In this document: piece after piece, positions 14,191 to 26,717 of the stretch
Layout of the letters: each line of letters starts with the position of its first letter
Numbering within the stretch: position 1 is the first letter of the stretch
DNA from: Octopus bimaculoides
Taxonomy: Eukaryota
Reading direction: 5' to 3'
Assembly: GCF_001194135.2 (NCBI RefSeq)
Contig: NC_068993.1
Coordinates: forward strand, 58,975,024 to 59,037,746
Length of the DNA stretch: 62,723 nucleotides
Made by a program: the position numbers and the translations under genes
The notes under the pieces: generated by a model
Databases searched by the model: none
What the model saw: the letters and a program-made list of their open reading frames with translations, nothing else
Told to the model about the DNA's origin: nothing

Positions 14191-15372
14191 TTATTGTTTT
14201 TTTTTTCTCCTGTATGCAATGAATGACTCCAGTCTAATGCTTTGATCTTTGACTTTTGACCTTTGCCTTCTAGAATGATCTTGAGTATTTCATATTATCT
14301 TGGCTAGTTGGCATGACAGTTCTTGATAATATTCTTTCTTTTATCTTGCATTGGACATCTTTGATTCAATTTATTTTTTCAAGACGTCTCTTTGTTGTTT
14401 TGTTTTGTTTTGTTTTTTGTTTATATTTTTCCTTTCGATTATCATTTTATATTTATTTAATTATTGTTTTTTTTTATTTGTTCTTACATGTTGATGCCAA
14501 ATCTCTTTACATTCTACATAGCATTTAGAAATTTGGTTTGGTTTGATCAAGTCTTTAAATGAGACAAGAACGAAAATATTATATTATTATTATGTTTCCC
14601 AAACAACCAAAGAATCTATTTTGAATAAATTGGTCTTTTTTCAATATTTTTTTGACCATTTATCTTTTCATGACTTTTTTTATATTTCAATAAAAAATGT
14701 AATAAAAATAAAAAAAACAGAAATATTTCTAATAGTAATATATTTTATGAGTTTGTAAACCTAAGGTCAATGTAGTGAGTGTCTATCAAGTGAGGTTGAC
14801 TATTCTTTCTGGTGAGCAAGTTTGCATCCTACTTGTGAGTCTGACAGCAAGATCTCAAAGATGTTAATGTGACTATATATATATATATATATGTGAATGT
14901 TTTAGCACCCACTCGCATATATGTGGCTGTTTTACTACACGCACACACATATATACATGTATGTATGTCTGTGTGTGTATGTATGCTAAAATAACAGGCT
15001 TTAAAATTTTAGCCGTTGTTAAAATTTGATACCCCAGAAGCACAAGCTAAACAACAACAAAAACAACTGATTATAGACAAAGGTTATTGTTTTAGGTTTT
15101 ATATCTGCTTTTAAGATGTTGATCCAACCAAAATATACATATATTTTGATTGTTTTGTTTTTCTTTTATTCTATTCTTTTTTTCTTCTTTTTTTTGTTTT
15201 GGTCTTAGCTAAATATTGTCATCAGGATTAAAGAATAAAATTTGATTTTTAGTAAGAAACATTCATTTGACTTTAGCTATGTGAATCTCAAAAATGTTTG
15301 CTCAGAATTGGTATTTTTAGGTAGATGCTGTGACTCAAATTAAAATATTTTTTCTATTTTATTTCAATTCTA

Positions 15373-15700
15373 TGTGCCAGTGGTGCGTGAAAAGACATTC
15401 GAGCGAGTTCGTTGCCAGTACTGATGGACTGGCTCCTGTGCAGGTGGCATGTAAAATACACCATTTCGAGCATGTCCGTTGCCAGTACCTCCTGACTGGC
15501 CTTCGTGCCGGTGGCACGTAAAAGCACCCACTACACTCTCAGAGTGGTTGGCGTTAGGAAGGGCATCCAGCTGTAGAAACTCTGCCAAATCAGATTGGAG
15601 CCTGGTGTAGCCATCTGGTTCACCAGTCCTCAGTCAAATCGTCCAACCCATGCTAGCATGGAAAGTGGACGTTAAACGATCTTGTTGATGACGATGATGA
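15373..15700 (+). mobile_element. 5'-truncated RTE 3'-UTR copy
   Basis: High similarity to the other copies; GAT tail. Confidence 0.88.
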
Positions 15701-16253
15701 ATTCAATGCAATGGAAATAAATAAGAATCGCATTTGACAGAATAATTTGAACGATACATAGGAAACCCAAGAAAACTTCCTGAATAAAAATGGTTGTAGA
15801 ATTGGGTTTTAAAATCAGGGGTATTGAGGAATATGAAGAATATGATTACATTTTGATGCAGTGTCTAGAACTGCAGTGGGGTGGGAGAGATAATGCATCA
15901 CTGTTGTCATCAAATTGGATTTTCAAAGAAGATGTCAAGGCAAATGAAACGATTTTAGGTGAAGGATTAGCACGAGGAGATATATTGTGGGTTGTTGATT
16001 AGTTTCATAGTTCTGTCTCAATCAAAGACTTGATCAAATGACTATCCCATAAATTTTCATCAGCCACAGTTATGTAGGCTCACATTATCTAATGTGTCCT
16101 TCATTACTGTTCCCAGAGGTCTGACTCAACTGAGCAGATCAAAGATCAAAATTATTCCAATCCTAACCATCCTACACTTCTATATTTAAGAGATGAGGAA
16201 TTATTTACATTATTTACAATTGACGGATATTTGTCCTCATCTTGTTTGTTGTT

Positions 16254-16299
16254 AACACATCATTTCGGCTGATATACCCTCCAGCCTTCATCAGGTGTC
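16254..16299 (-). ncRNA. Degenerate antisense copy of the same hammerhead
   Basis: GACAC-CUGAUGA-A-GGCUG/CAGCC (perfect stem II)-GAAAU-GAU-GUGUU. Stem III and the cleavage triplet are mutated. Confidence 0.65.
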
Positions 16300-16398
16300 T
16301 TGGGGAAATTTCGAACGGGCATATGGCATAGTGGTTAAGAGCGTGGGCTATTAACCCCAAGATTCTGAGTTCGATTCCAGGCAGTAACCTGAATAATG

Positions 16399-16443
<45 letters not shown>

Positions 16444-16491
16444 TCGAAAAATACCTTAGGAATGAGAACCCAGGTTCGAAATTTCCCCCAA

Positions 16492-16537
16492 GACACCTGA
16501 TGAAGGCTGGAGGGTGTATCAACCGAAACGTTGTGTT
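16492..16537 (+). ncRNA. Minimal type-I hammerhead ribozyme motif
   Basis: GACAC-CUGAUGA-A-GGCUG/loop/CAACC-GAAAC-GUU-GUGUU. Stem I GACAC:GUGUU is fully paired, stem II has one mismatch, and stem III is the palindrome ACGU (dimer type). Confidence 0.75.
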
Positions 16538-17374
16538 AAGAACAAACAAGATGCGAACAAATATCCAACAATTGTAAATAATTTAACTAACCATGCTGTC
16601 AATTTGTTAAGACAGTATATCTAGGACTACATTATCCACTATATTCACCCCTGATTTTGTTGTTTAACACCAGGTCAATCATGATGTTGTGGACCAATAA
16701 TAATAATAGGTATTGCAAGTCTTCTGTTCAGGAATTGTCTACCTTAGAGTATATTAATTAACATTTCCTTTCCTTGTCGTTATTGTTTAACATCAGTCCA
16801 GTCCTAATCTAACAGATTTTTATCACCAAAGGTTTTTCAACCAAACCAAACCAAACCAAACCAAACCAAACCATTTTTTGTTTGTTTGTATTTTTTTTTT
16901 TCAGTCTTATAGTATTATAGTATCCAATATATTATTATAGTATTATAGTATCCAATATATCCTTCCATTTTTAAGACAGTACAGTGTAATTAGCTGCCAC
17001 TTTTAGCAGATCAAGTGATCAAGTAGAAGCTGCCTTAGTAACTCATAAATTCATGGTGGTCAGGGTGGGGCATCTTTTTTTTTTTCTTTTGCTAATGGTA
17101 AAACTGAACCAAAACTGGATTCTTTGAGCAGCTGATTACTTCAAAAACATTTCTTTCTCAGAAAAGCATTCCGTAAGGGCTGTGTGTGTGTGTGTGTGAG
17201 TGAGTGTACATGTGTATGTATGTGTGTGTATATGTGTAATACATTTTAATACCTTTTTCTTACCCTTTGCCTTTTCATTTTGATCTTTACGAAAGTTTAT
17301 AAGCATATATATATTATATATACACACATCTGTACATATATATTTATATATGCAAATGTATATGCATGTGTGTG

Positions 17375-17405
<31 letters not shown>

Positions 17406-18401
17406 GTGCACTCATACACTCACATATACATATATATGCACATATACATGTATATATGTACATAGTTATATATATACATATATATATTATTGAAATGTTA
17501 AATACACTACTGTGTCGCCATCTATTGATCATCCAACCCTCTGCATGTCTTATTAATATATCATCACCTCCTTCACTTCCCCTACACATCCTCCACCTTC
17601 ACCTCTTTTACCTGCCACTTTTTCTTGTTTTTTTTTTATTTATTTATTTATTTTCTTGACCTCATCTCCATGTCATTATCGTCGTCGCCACCACCACCGT
17701 CACCTCTCACTTTATTTCACGTCAAAACTTGCACCTATCATCTTTGTATCAGTCGTCACTTTGTCATCACCGTCATTGCTCTTGTTGTTGTTGTTGTTGT
17801 TAGCTATGCACATGCACCTCTTTTCAAACTTTTTCTATGCACTTGTTAATCTTTTTTATATAGTGACCATCACCTAAGAATTCAAGTCTAATTGTAGACA
17901 GACTCGTTCACCAAACTTTGTTTAATATTATCACATTTCACCTTTTTCTTCTTCTGCTTTTTATAATTATATATATATATATATTATTACTATTATTATT
18001 AGTATTATTATTACTATTGGTATTGCCTTTTCTCTGATGTTGTTCTCATTAATTATTTCTGTCATTTTCTGAGGTTTAGTTTTTTTTTTTGTTTTTTTTT
18101 TTTGCTTTTGCTTCATTTTGGGGAGGGTTACCTTTGTGGTAACATTACTGTAGCTATTCTTTTTTTTTTTTAGCATTATTATTATTATTATTATCATCAA
18201 AGGTGGTGATCAGCAACCTGGCAGAATTGTTAGCATGCCGGACAAAATGCTTAGTGGCATTTCATCTGTCTGCATGCTCTGAGTTCAAATTTTGACCTAG
18301 CCATCGATAAAATTAGTAGCAGTCAATCATTGGAGTTGATGTAATTGACTTACACTTCTCCTCTGATCATTCTGCTTTTGTGGCAAAATTTGAAACCATC
18401 A

Positions 18402-18445
<44 letters not shown>

Positions 18446-18533
18446 TAGTTTTATTTTTATAGTGTGCTTTCACTTCACTATCGAGCACAGCTCTGTGTGC
18501 CTTGGGTGTGTGTTGTAGTTTGCTGTGATGCTC

Positions 18534-18564
<31 letters not shown>

Positions 18565-21212
18565 AAAAGTAGTGAACTGGCCGAATCCCTCGCACATGGG
18601 ACAAAATGCTTAATGGCGTTTTTTACAGCTCTTTACATTCTGCTGTCATCTTTTCAGGATTAGTATCCCTTTAGCATTTCAACTGGCCATATCTGGCCCA
18701 AATATTCTACCTGTGTCTGTCTTATGTTCAAACTGACCAGGTCTGGCTTCTTACAACAATCCTACATCATCACTCTAAAACTAAGCAGTCACATCATGAA
18801 GCTACGAGATAACATGTGATTAATTCAAAACAATGTGAAATAATAAGCCATGACATTTGATAACATTATCTGAATGCTAAAAGGATAAAATAAATACCAG
18901 CTGAACACTGACGGAGGTGTTATTGTAATCAATCACTGACCCTCCAAAGTTGCTGGCTTTGTGCCAAAATTAGAAAGAATTATTAATATTCTGCCACTGT
19001 TACTACTAGTTTCACAAAGTAACTGTCATATACTAGGGTTATTTACTTCATTCTATTTTTCATCTTCAACATTTAGTTTTCTACTTAAGAGTAATTAAAT
19101 CAGACACTCCCTGATATCAAAATCAGCTTCAAATTTTGTTCTGTTTTGTTCTTTTTCTTTTTTCTCCTTCCTTTATCATTACTAATATTATCATTATTAT
19201 TATTATCATCATTATTATTATTATCATTATTATTTTCGCTTTTACATTCATTTTATTCTGGGAGAGTTTTTAAAATGGTATACTTTCATTCCCACTACCC
19301 ACTACTGACATAACTATTTCTGGTTTCCATTTTTTTTTTCTTTCAGTTTTCAGTTTCTCTTGTAATTTTCAGCCTCTTATAACAAATCTCTTTCAGTTAC
19401 AGTTCCCTTTTTTTCTTTAATAGCCTTTCCAATAAGACCACCCTGCCTGGAACATCCATACCAAAATGTTCATTTTTAAGCTATAATTATAATTGTCATT
19501 ATATTTACAATGATATTAGGAGATTTCAGTTGATCCAATCAATATTTATATGTTGATTTATGTATACACCTATCAATATTTAAGTTAGAGATAGTCGTGA
19601 CCATAATTCCACCTCTGTGGAATTATGGTCATAAAAGTCTTCATTTTTTCAGAGACTTGCTGACTCTGTTTACATAAGTTCTTAACATTTTCTCAATAAT
19701 ATTTTCAGTCACACTAACCCTTGTAAATATTCTTGTTTCAATATTCCCCTTATCCAGTACAAGAGTTGACCATTTAACTTCAAGAGGATTGACAATTTTC
19801 TAACTACTGTTAAAAATGGAAGGCAGAATCTGTCAATTGATATATTGCTGTATATAGTTTAGATTCTTCGTTTGACTTGGCTTTTATTACCTGAGGTCAA
19901 TAAAATAAAGTACCAATCAATTAATGGTATCAGTATGATTTTCGGTCTCTCCTATCGAACTTCTAAATTTGTGCCTCTGTAAAAATGATGAGATGGTGCA
20001 TTGCCTGAATCGTTAACGCATCATACAGAATACCTTGAAGTAGTTGTTCTGACCTATTACATGCCGAGTTCAAATTTCACTTGGGCCAGCTTTGTCATTC
20101 ATTCTTTCAGAAATGATAAAAGGGTGGTCAAATATTGGTGGTGGCTGGAGGGGGTCAGTTTGACCAAAGTCCTCACACATGTGTCCCCTGCAAAAGTTAG
20201 CAATCGTTTAGGGCCAGAGTAAAGAAATCAACTGGTGTGAAACTTTGGTTAGAACGCAGTGCTTAAGGAGGGCAAGACATGAACTATTAACATTACTGCT
20301 TGCCGTTTGCTATCCCAGCCAATAAACCAGCTGTAGTCACTTTGAAAACATATTGCGATACAACAAATTTCTTTATAAGTTAATAAAATTAGTTAAACCC
20401 ATTTAAAAACATTTTATTTATTTTTTTTTTTTTTAGAATTTCATTTTCTGTTTACTTAGGATTAATATCATTTAATTTTTCCCTTTTCCCTTCTCTTTTT
20501 ATGCCCAATTTTTTTTTCTGTTTATATGCCAAAAAAAAAGATTAATTTAATTTTTCTTTTTTCTTTCTTTCTTTTTCTACCTACCTTATTTTTCTGGATT
20601 CCTCTCTGCAGAAAGCCAAAAATATCTGATTTTTTTTCCTTTCTTCATTTAGCATTTTATTCTCTCTCAGATGGAAATAGTCAGCATTTTAAGAACCAGA
20701 GCCAATTTTTTTTTCTTTTATATAAATCATAAATCTAATTTTATAGCTTTAAATTTTTGCCAGTTCCCTTTTGCATTTTTTTTTTTTTTTTTTTAATTTC
20801 ATTTCATTATTAAATTTATGTTTATTATTTTTTAATCTCTTAATTTCTGATATCTTGTGCATATGTGATGTCATGCAATAATATGAAACCCTTTCATTGC
20901 AGTTTTTAATGTAATATTGCTTTTATTAAATTTATACTTCGGTATATTTATCTGTCTATCCTATATATCTGTCTGTTTGTCTATCTATCTATCTATCTGT
21001 CCATCTATCTATCTATCTACCTACTTATCTATCTGTATGTCTGTCTGTCTCTCTATCTATCTATATATATATATCTATCTATCTATTTCTATCTATCTAT
21101 CTGTATGTTTATCCAACTATCTATTTATCTAACTGTCTGTCTGTTTGTTTGTCTAACTTTCATGCTATTTGTCTATGTACATGTACGTCTGCTTGTCTAG
21201 GTCACTTTGCTC

Positions 21213-21253
<41 letters not shown>

Positions 21254-21532
21254 TAAGGATATTGTTTCCATTATGAATTGTTCTGCCGCATTATTTCATT
21301 TTGTTTTCCATCTTTTATTGTTAAAAATAATTTCCCTGCCATGCATCTCTTGTATTCTCATTTTACTGTTTTGTTGTGAAAGAACTTGATCTTTACTCTT
21401 GCATGTAATTATGATTTTTAACTTCATGAATTCATTAATGTTGTACAGCAAGGGTGGACATTGATTGAAAAAAAAAAGGTGAGAGTGATTAAAAGGAATT
21501 GAGACAAAGGTGTATGTGTGTGTGTGTGTGTC

Positions 21533-21564
<32 letters not shown>

Positions 21565-22585
21565 TGGAAAAAGAGTACAAGCCATGGTTGAGAAAGTGTG
21601 CTGTAAGACTGAGAGAGAGACAGGGAAAAAAGAGATTGGTGTTATTCTATCTTGATTACTAATTAGTCATTCTATTTTACCTTCATGGTTCCTCAGGTAA
21701 AACCAGAATGGAGAATGTAGGCCTTTAGTTCACATAGATCTACGTTATATGATACTAAAAAGTTTATGCAACTTCCTAGTATGGTTTAGGAAGTCATATT
21801 GAGATCAATGGTAATTTGTTATCCATCTTGAAGAATCCTGCAATAAAGTCTACCAGCAACACTTGAGTCAAGAATAAGGTTTCAATTCTCCAAGTGCCTA
21901 CTCTGACATTTTACCTTGTTTGGTTGTAAAAAAGGCATAATTGTCCTAGAATCACACATCAAGCATATAACCCTGCTTGCTTCAATATTCCTACTCGACA
22001 ATCAGACTCTGTTTGCTTCACAAGTGACGGATTTGCAGTAGAATAAATATGAACGTAGCTGTTGGAACAATAACTCCAGAAATAAGCAAATGAACCACAG
22101 AAAGCGAGGAAGAATAGTGGCTGTCGGCATTGTTGTTTAACATGCCAGAGGTAGCAGCCAGATCTCCCTCGAAAATTAAACTGTACCAGTTTAAAAAGAG
22201 GAGACATATGTACATCCAGAATAATGTTGCAGTCCTGAATATAATCTACCTTAAATAAGAACAGGCAAGCAAAATCTATGGTACAGGTTCAATACTTAAG
22301 TAAGTCATTTTCGCTAGATTTGTTCCTTAGGTCTGTAATGTTTGTTACCTGGAAGTTAATTACCTGGAAGTTAATTACCTGGAGAGAAAAAAGCTGGATG
22401 CTGTCAAGCTGGGGGCATATAAGCCCTCGACAGAAAAAAGTAGGATTTCCTGTATGCATAGGACTCAAACAAAGAGATGTGGGTTCAAGTCCCATGCATA
22501 CGGGAAAGCTTATACGCCCTGTTATTAGACTATTTTCGTTAGTCATTGCACGGTGATTGCTATAGGCTTTAAGCTTATAATATAC

Positions 22586-22616
<31 letters not shown>

Positions 22617-22629
22617 TATGGCCCATAAA

Positions 22630-22996
22630 TAGCACCATTAGAGCCAAATCGTTACCAGCGTTGCCTTCTAGTACTTGTGCTGGTGACACGTTAGAAAATC
22701 ATTCGAGCAAGGTCAATGCCAGTGCCGCTGGACTGGCTCCCGTGCAGGTGGCATGTAAAATACACCTTTTTGAGCGTGGCCATTATCAGTACTGTGTGAC
22801 TGGCACTTAAAAGCACCCACTGCACTCTTGGAGTGGTTGGTGTTAGGAAAAGCATCCAGCTGTAGAAACTCTGCCAAATCAGATTGGAGCCTGGTGTAGC
22901 CATCTGGTTCACCAGTCCTCAGTCAAATCGTCCAACCCATGCTAGCATGGAAAACGGACGTTAAACGATAATGATGATGATGATGATGATGATGAT
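22630..22996 (+). mobile_element. 5'-truncated RTE 3'-UTR copy
   Basis: Same family; long (GAT)n tail. Confidence 0.88.
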
Positions 22997-23247
22997 TGCT
23001 AACTTGTTCTTGTCATGTTCCAGGCAGGCTTTGATTGTATCAGGCTTGTAATGAAAGTCAATCCATCCATGATCTATATGCAGAATTACATTTGGTGGGA
23101 GGGTCTGGGATTCTTAATTACATTTCAACAATTTCGTAGCCGCATTCAGCAAGGTTATACACTACAGTCAGGCTTCTTACATTCTCCAATCTGGTTCTTT
23201 CTTGTTCCCTACTAAACTCAAACGACACCAGTTCAGTTTTTAAGCAG

Positions 23248-23274
23248 GTACCCGTTTATTGTCCCCTTTCAAAG
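23248..23274 (+). CDS. Candidate Fat microexon (27 nt; NAGNAG 30-nt alternative from 23245), (G)TRLLSPFK
   Basis: Perfect donor AAAG|gtaagt at 23275 and acceptor tttttaagcag. Symmetric phase 1. Competing upstream AGs (23231, 23236) would give frameshifting exons. Confidence 0.58.
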
Positions 23275-23823
23275 GTAAGTGACCAGCTGTCATTACGATG
23301 TGTGTGTCACACTGTCCTTCTGTTCAGATTGAGGCTGCTGCAGCTGTCGCTATTTATTTTTTATTGTAATTGTTGTTTTTATTGTTGCTCCCTCGCTCTA
23401 TTCATACCGCCACTGCTGATGTTGCTGCTGTTGCTGCTACTACGACCTTTCATTGTCATTTTCGAAGTTTCTCCCCTCCCACAAATGTTTCTGTGATGTA
23501 AAAACCTCACCCCAACACTATCACCTAATGTTGTTGTTGTTGCAGTTGTTATTATTGTTCTTGTTAGTTTCTTTCTTTCACTTTTTCTTTTCTTTTTTTC
23601 TTATTTTTTTTACTCCAACCCCTCCACATCGGTGATCCTTCTGATTCGCACTGCAGCCTTCCCTCCACGTGGTTAAAATTTTTTTTTTTTTTTTACCTTG
23701 TTTCAGTTTTTCTTTGTCTTTCTCTCTCTCTCACTCTCTCTCTCTCTCTCTTCCTCTCTCTCAGTCTGTCACCCTCCATTTTATACTGCTGTCCTTTCAT
23801 CGAAGTCCTCTTCCTCATTTCAG

Positions 23824-24530
23824 GCTATCATTGGGACACCTCAGACTGGGCGGCTCCACACACCACGTTACCAAACATCAGTGAGGTACCAGTGAAAGAA
23901 ATTTTGGATTCTCCAAGCTCCACTCCACAGAGTAATGACTCAAACACGCATGTAGATGATGTCAATGATGCTGATATGGACGACATGGATAACGACTCTG
24001 AATACTGCGGGGATTGTGAATGTGGCGAAAACGACGACGACAACAACGCTGCCGACTTCCATCCTGCTGCCAACTTCCACCATTTCCTTGAATTAGCGCC
24101 TTATGCCGATGAGGTCAACGAGGGACCTCAGCGGTTCCATCCTAACTTCATGCCGGACTTCGACCAGCCACCTGGTGGTGCTGCCCTCGACAACTGGCCA
24201 GCTCCACCGGGCGCTGAAAACGGCAACCAGCCACCACATAGTGATGAAGAGGAGAACAGCGAGAGGTGCCGGTTGCGGCGTCACCTACGTAGGGGTGCTG
24301 CTCTAGCTAGGTACCCTCCACTCGATGCCAGCGACTATGAACATTCAACGGCAGCAATGGCGGACGACATGAGTGTGTCGGTGGGCGGCTGTACATCGAC
24401 GAACGTCTCTTGCTCTGACATTTCCGGACTCTGTGACATCGATGACAGTGATATGAACATTACAGATGAGAGTGACAATGACATCCATCCTGTGAAGTTT
24501 AACAGCGCCCACCTTCACACCCAGGTGTGA
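23824..24530 (+). CDS. FAT1: Terminal coding exon of a Fat1/2/3-type (Fat-like) atypical cadherin; cytoplasmic tail
   Basis: A pyrimidine tract and tttcag acceptor end at 23823. Phase-1 translation gives (G)YHWDTSDWAAPHTTLPNISEVP...QRFHPNFMP...MSVSVGGCTSTNVSCSDISGLCDIDDSD...HLHTQV*. This matches vertebrate FAT1 motifs recalled from memory (GYHWDTSDW, QRFNLNQYLP, SCSDVSACCEVES, C-terminal PDZ ligand HTEV). The gene is best regarded as co-orthologous to FAT1/2/3. Upstream constitutive exons lie outside the window. Confidence 0.93.
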
Positions 24531-24641
24531 AGTTCTTCGCCTCTTCCTACCCCCATCCTGTGCTCACCTTCACAGCCAGGTGTGAAGTTCTCTTCTTCTT
24601 CCTAACATCCCAGCGCTCTACTTCACATCCAGGTGTAAAGT
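24510..24641 (+). repeat. Three ~54-bp tandem units overlapping the Fat stop codon
   Basis: cttcacacccaggtgtga / cttcacagccaggtgtga / cttcacatccaggtgtaa. Confidence 0.85.
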
Positions 24642-24689
24642 TATACATATATATATATATATATCTATATACACACACACACACACACG

Positions 24690-24744
<55 letters not shown>

Positions 24745-24934
24745 ATATAATATATATGCATCTTCCTAATGCCCCAGCTACAACATTCACAGAAAAACTA
24801 TAATATAAGAAAAAAAAAATACAAACTCCTCCCACCACCACCACCAATACAAAAACAAATTAAATGGACTTTAAACAAAAATTATACACATTCATACATA
24901 TATATACATATATAATCACACACACACATGTATT

Positions 24935-24966
<32 letters not shown>

Positions 24967-24992
24967 TGCATATGTATTGATATATATACATA

Positions 24993-25065
<73 letters not shown>

Positions 25066-25303
25066 GTATATATGATATACATATATATATATATCTATAT
25101 ACACACATTAACTGACTTGGATATAGACAAAAGAGTATATGCAACACATACCACCCCAAAAATCAACCCACCTAAACATGAACATATGCTTGTATGTGTA
25201 ACTATATGTGTGTATTCATATAAATATATATATGTATACATATATATGTGTGTATGTGTGTGTGTATATATATATATACTCCTTACCTGCTCCCAATCAC
25301 GTG

Positions 25304-25335
<32 letters not shown>

Positions 25336-26038
25336 TACTTATACATGACCATACACACATCCAAATGTAAAAATAAAACTTACAGTGGCATCACCTCGGG
25401 TCCATTATAAATGGATCTATGCCCTGCCTTCTCAAGCTAGCGATGCCTTTTCCTTTCTAAACTAGGGCCATTATACAGCCCCGATGGTTCGAGAAAAAAA
25501 TTCTTCATTAAATAAATATATTTACCAATTTTTTTTTTTCTCTCTAAATTTAATTTAATTTCCCATACCCTAACCCCATCCCTTGACCATAACCCCTCCA
25601 TAAAATGGAAAAAAGAAACAAAAAGCTCTCTACCCTTCTCCGATCCCACACCCCACAAAATCCAATCCATGAAACTCCTGACTATGAATCATGTTCTTCC
25701 TACCATACGCTAGTGTTGAATGGATGTAGAACAAGGGACTCAAAGCATGCAATCTGCTTCCATTGGTGTTATGATTTTTTTCAACAAAACAAAAGGGCAA
25801 TAGTTTATAATTGAAGAATTTAATGGCATGGCTAGAGAGAAAGAAAGAAAGAGTGACAGTGAGAGAGAGAATGAGAGATACAGCATGAGAAAGAGAGAGA
25901 TGTATACCATGTGTATGCGTGAGACAGAGATACAGAGAGAGAGAGAGAGAATGAAAGAAAGAAAGCTGTGATGAGAAAAACAAAGACAACCAAATAAATG
26001 ATATTGCATAATTGATGAAAAAGAAAATGAACTTGTGT

Positions 26039-26070
<32 letters not shown>

Positions 26071-26124
26071 GTGTATATATATATCTGTACCTTGTATATG
26101 TATATATAATGTGTGTGTGTGTGT

Positions 26125-26182
<58 letters not shown>

Positions 26183-26586
26183 GTATATACACATATATAT
26201 TGTATATATGCTGTATGTATATATATAAAAATGATAATGCATACACACACACACCACACACACACTTAAATGCTTAACTATATATATACATGTATATGTA
26301 TAGGTATTATTTGGTATTGATAGTCAACTTGTAGAAATCAAAAGAAAATAAAAAATACCATTCACTCACAGTGGGACACAACCTAGTTTTGTAGAGAATA
26401 ATTTACTATTTTGGCTTGTTCAGTAAGCCTTCTAACGTAAAACTTAATGTCCCAATCAACTCCATATAAATGTGTACAAGTATAAATATATATAGATAGA
26501 TAGATATATACACACACTCACACACATATATATACAAACAAATATACTTCTCTTGGCCTGAGTATGTGTGTACATGTATGTGTATG

Positions 26587-26652
<66 letters not shown>

Positions 26653-26717
26653 TACACACACACACACATACAATAACAGAAGGAGCATGCAGCTGACAAA
26701 ATTTATAATCAGTTTAA

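Larger units (their letters stand above)
16178..16584 (+). mobile_element. tRNA-headed SINE with hammerhead-bearing 3' region and an inverted upstream copy of that region (Penelope-like architecture)
   Basis: A-box TGGCATAGTGG (16324-16334), B-box GAGTTCGATTCC (16367-16378), an (AAT)n spacer, and a 3' region 16474-16582 that is the reverse complement of 16209-16316. Confidence 0.8.

Noticed and set aside
16317-16390. tRNA gene
   Set aside because: A/B boxes are present but there is no cloverleaf or acceptor stem; it is a SINE head. The same applies at 36352 and 57386.
20671-20679. Possible 9-nt microexon (DGN)
   Set aside because: Good acceptor but weak donor (ATA|gtcagc); such short matches arise by chance.
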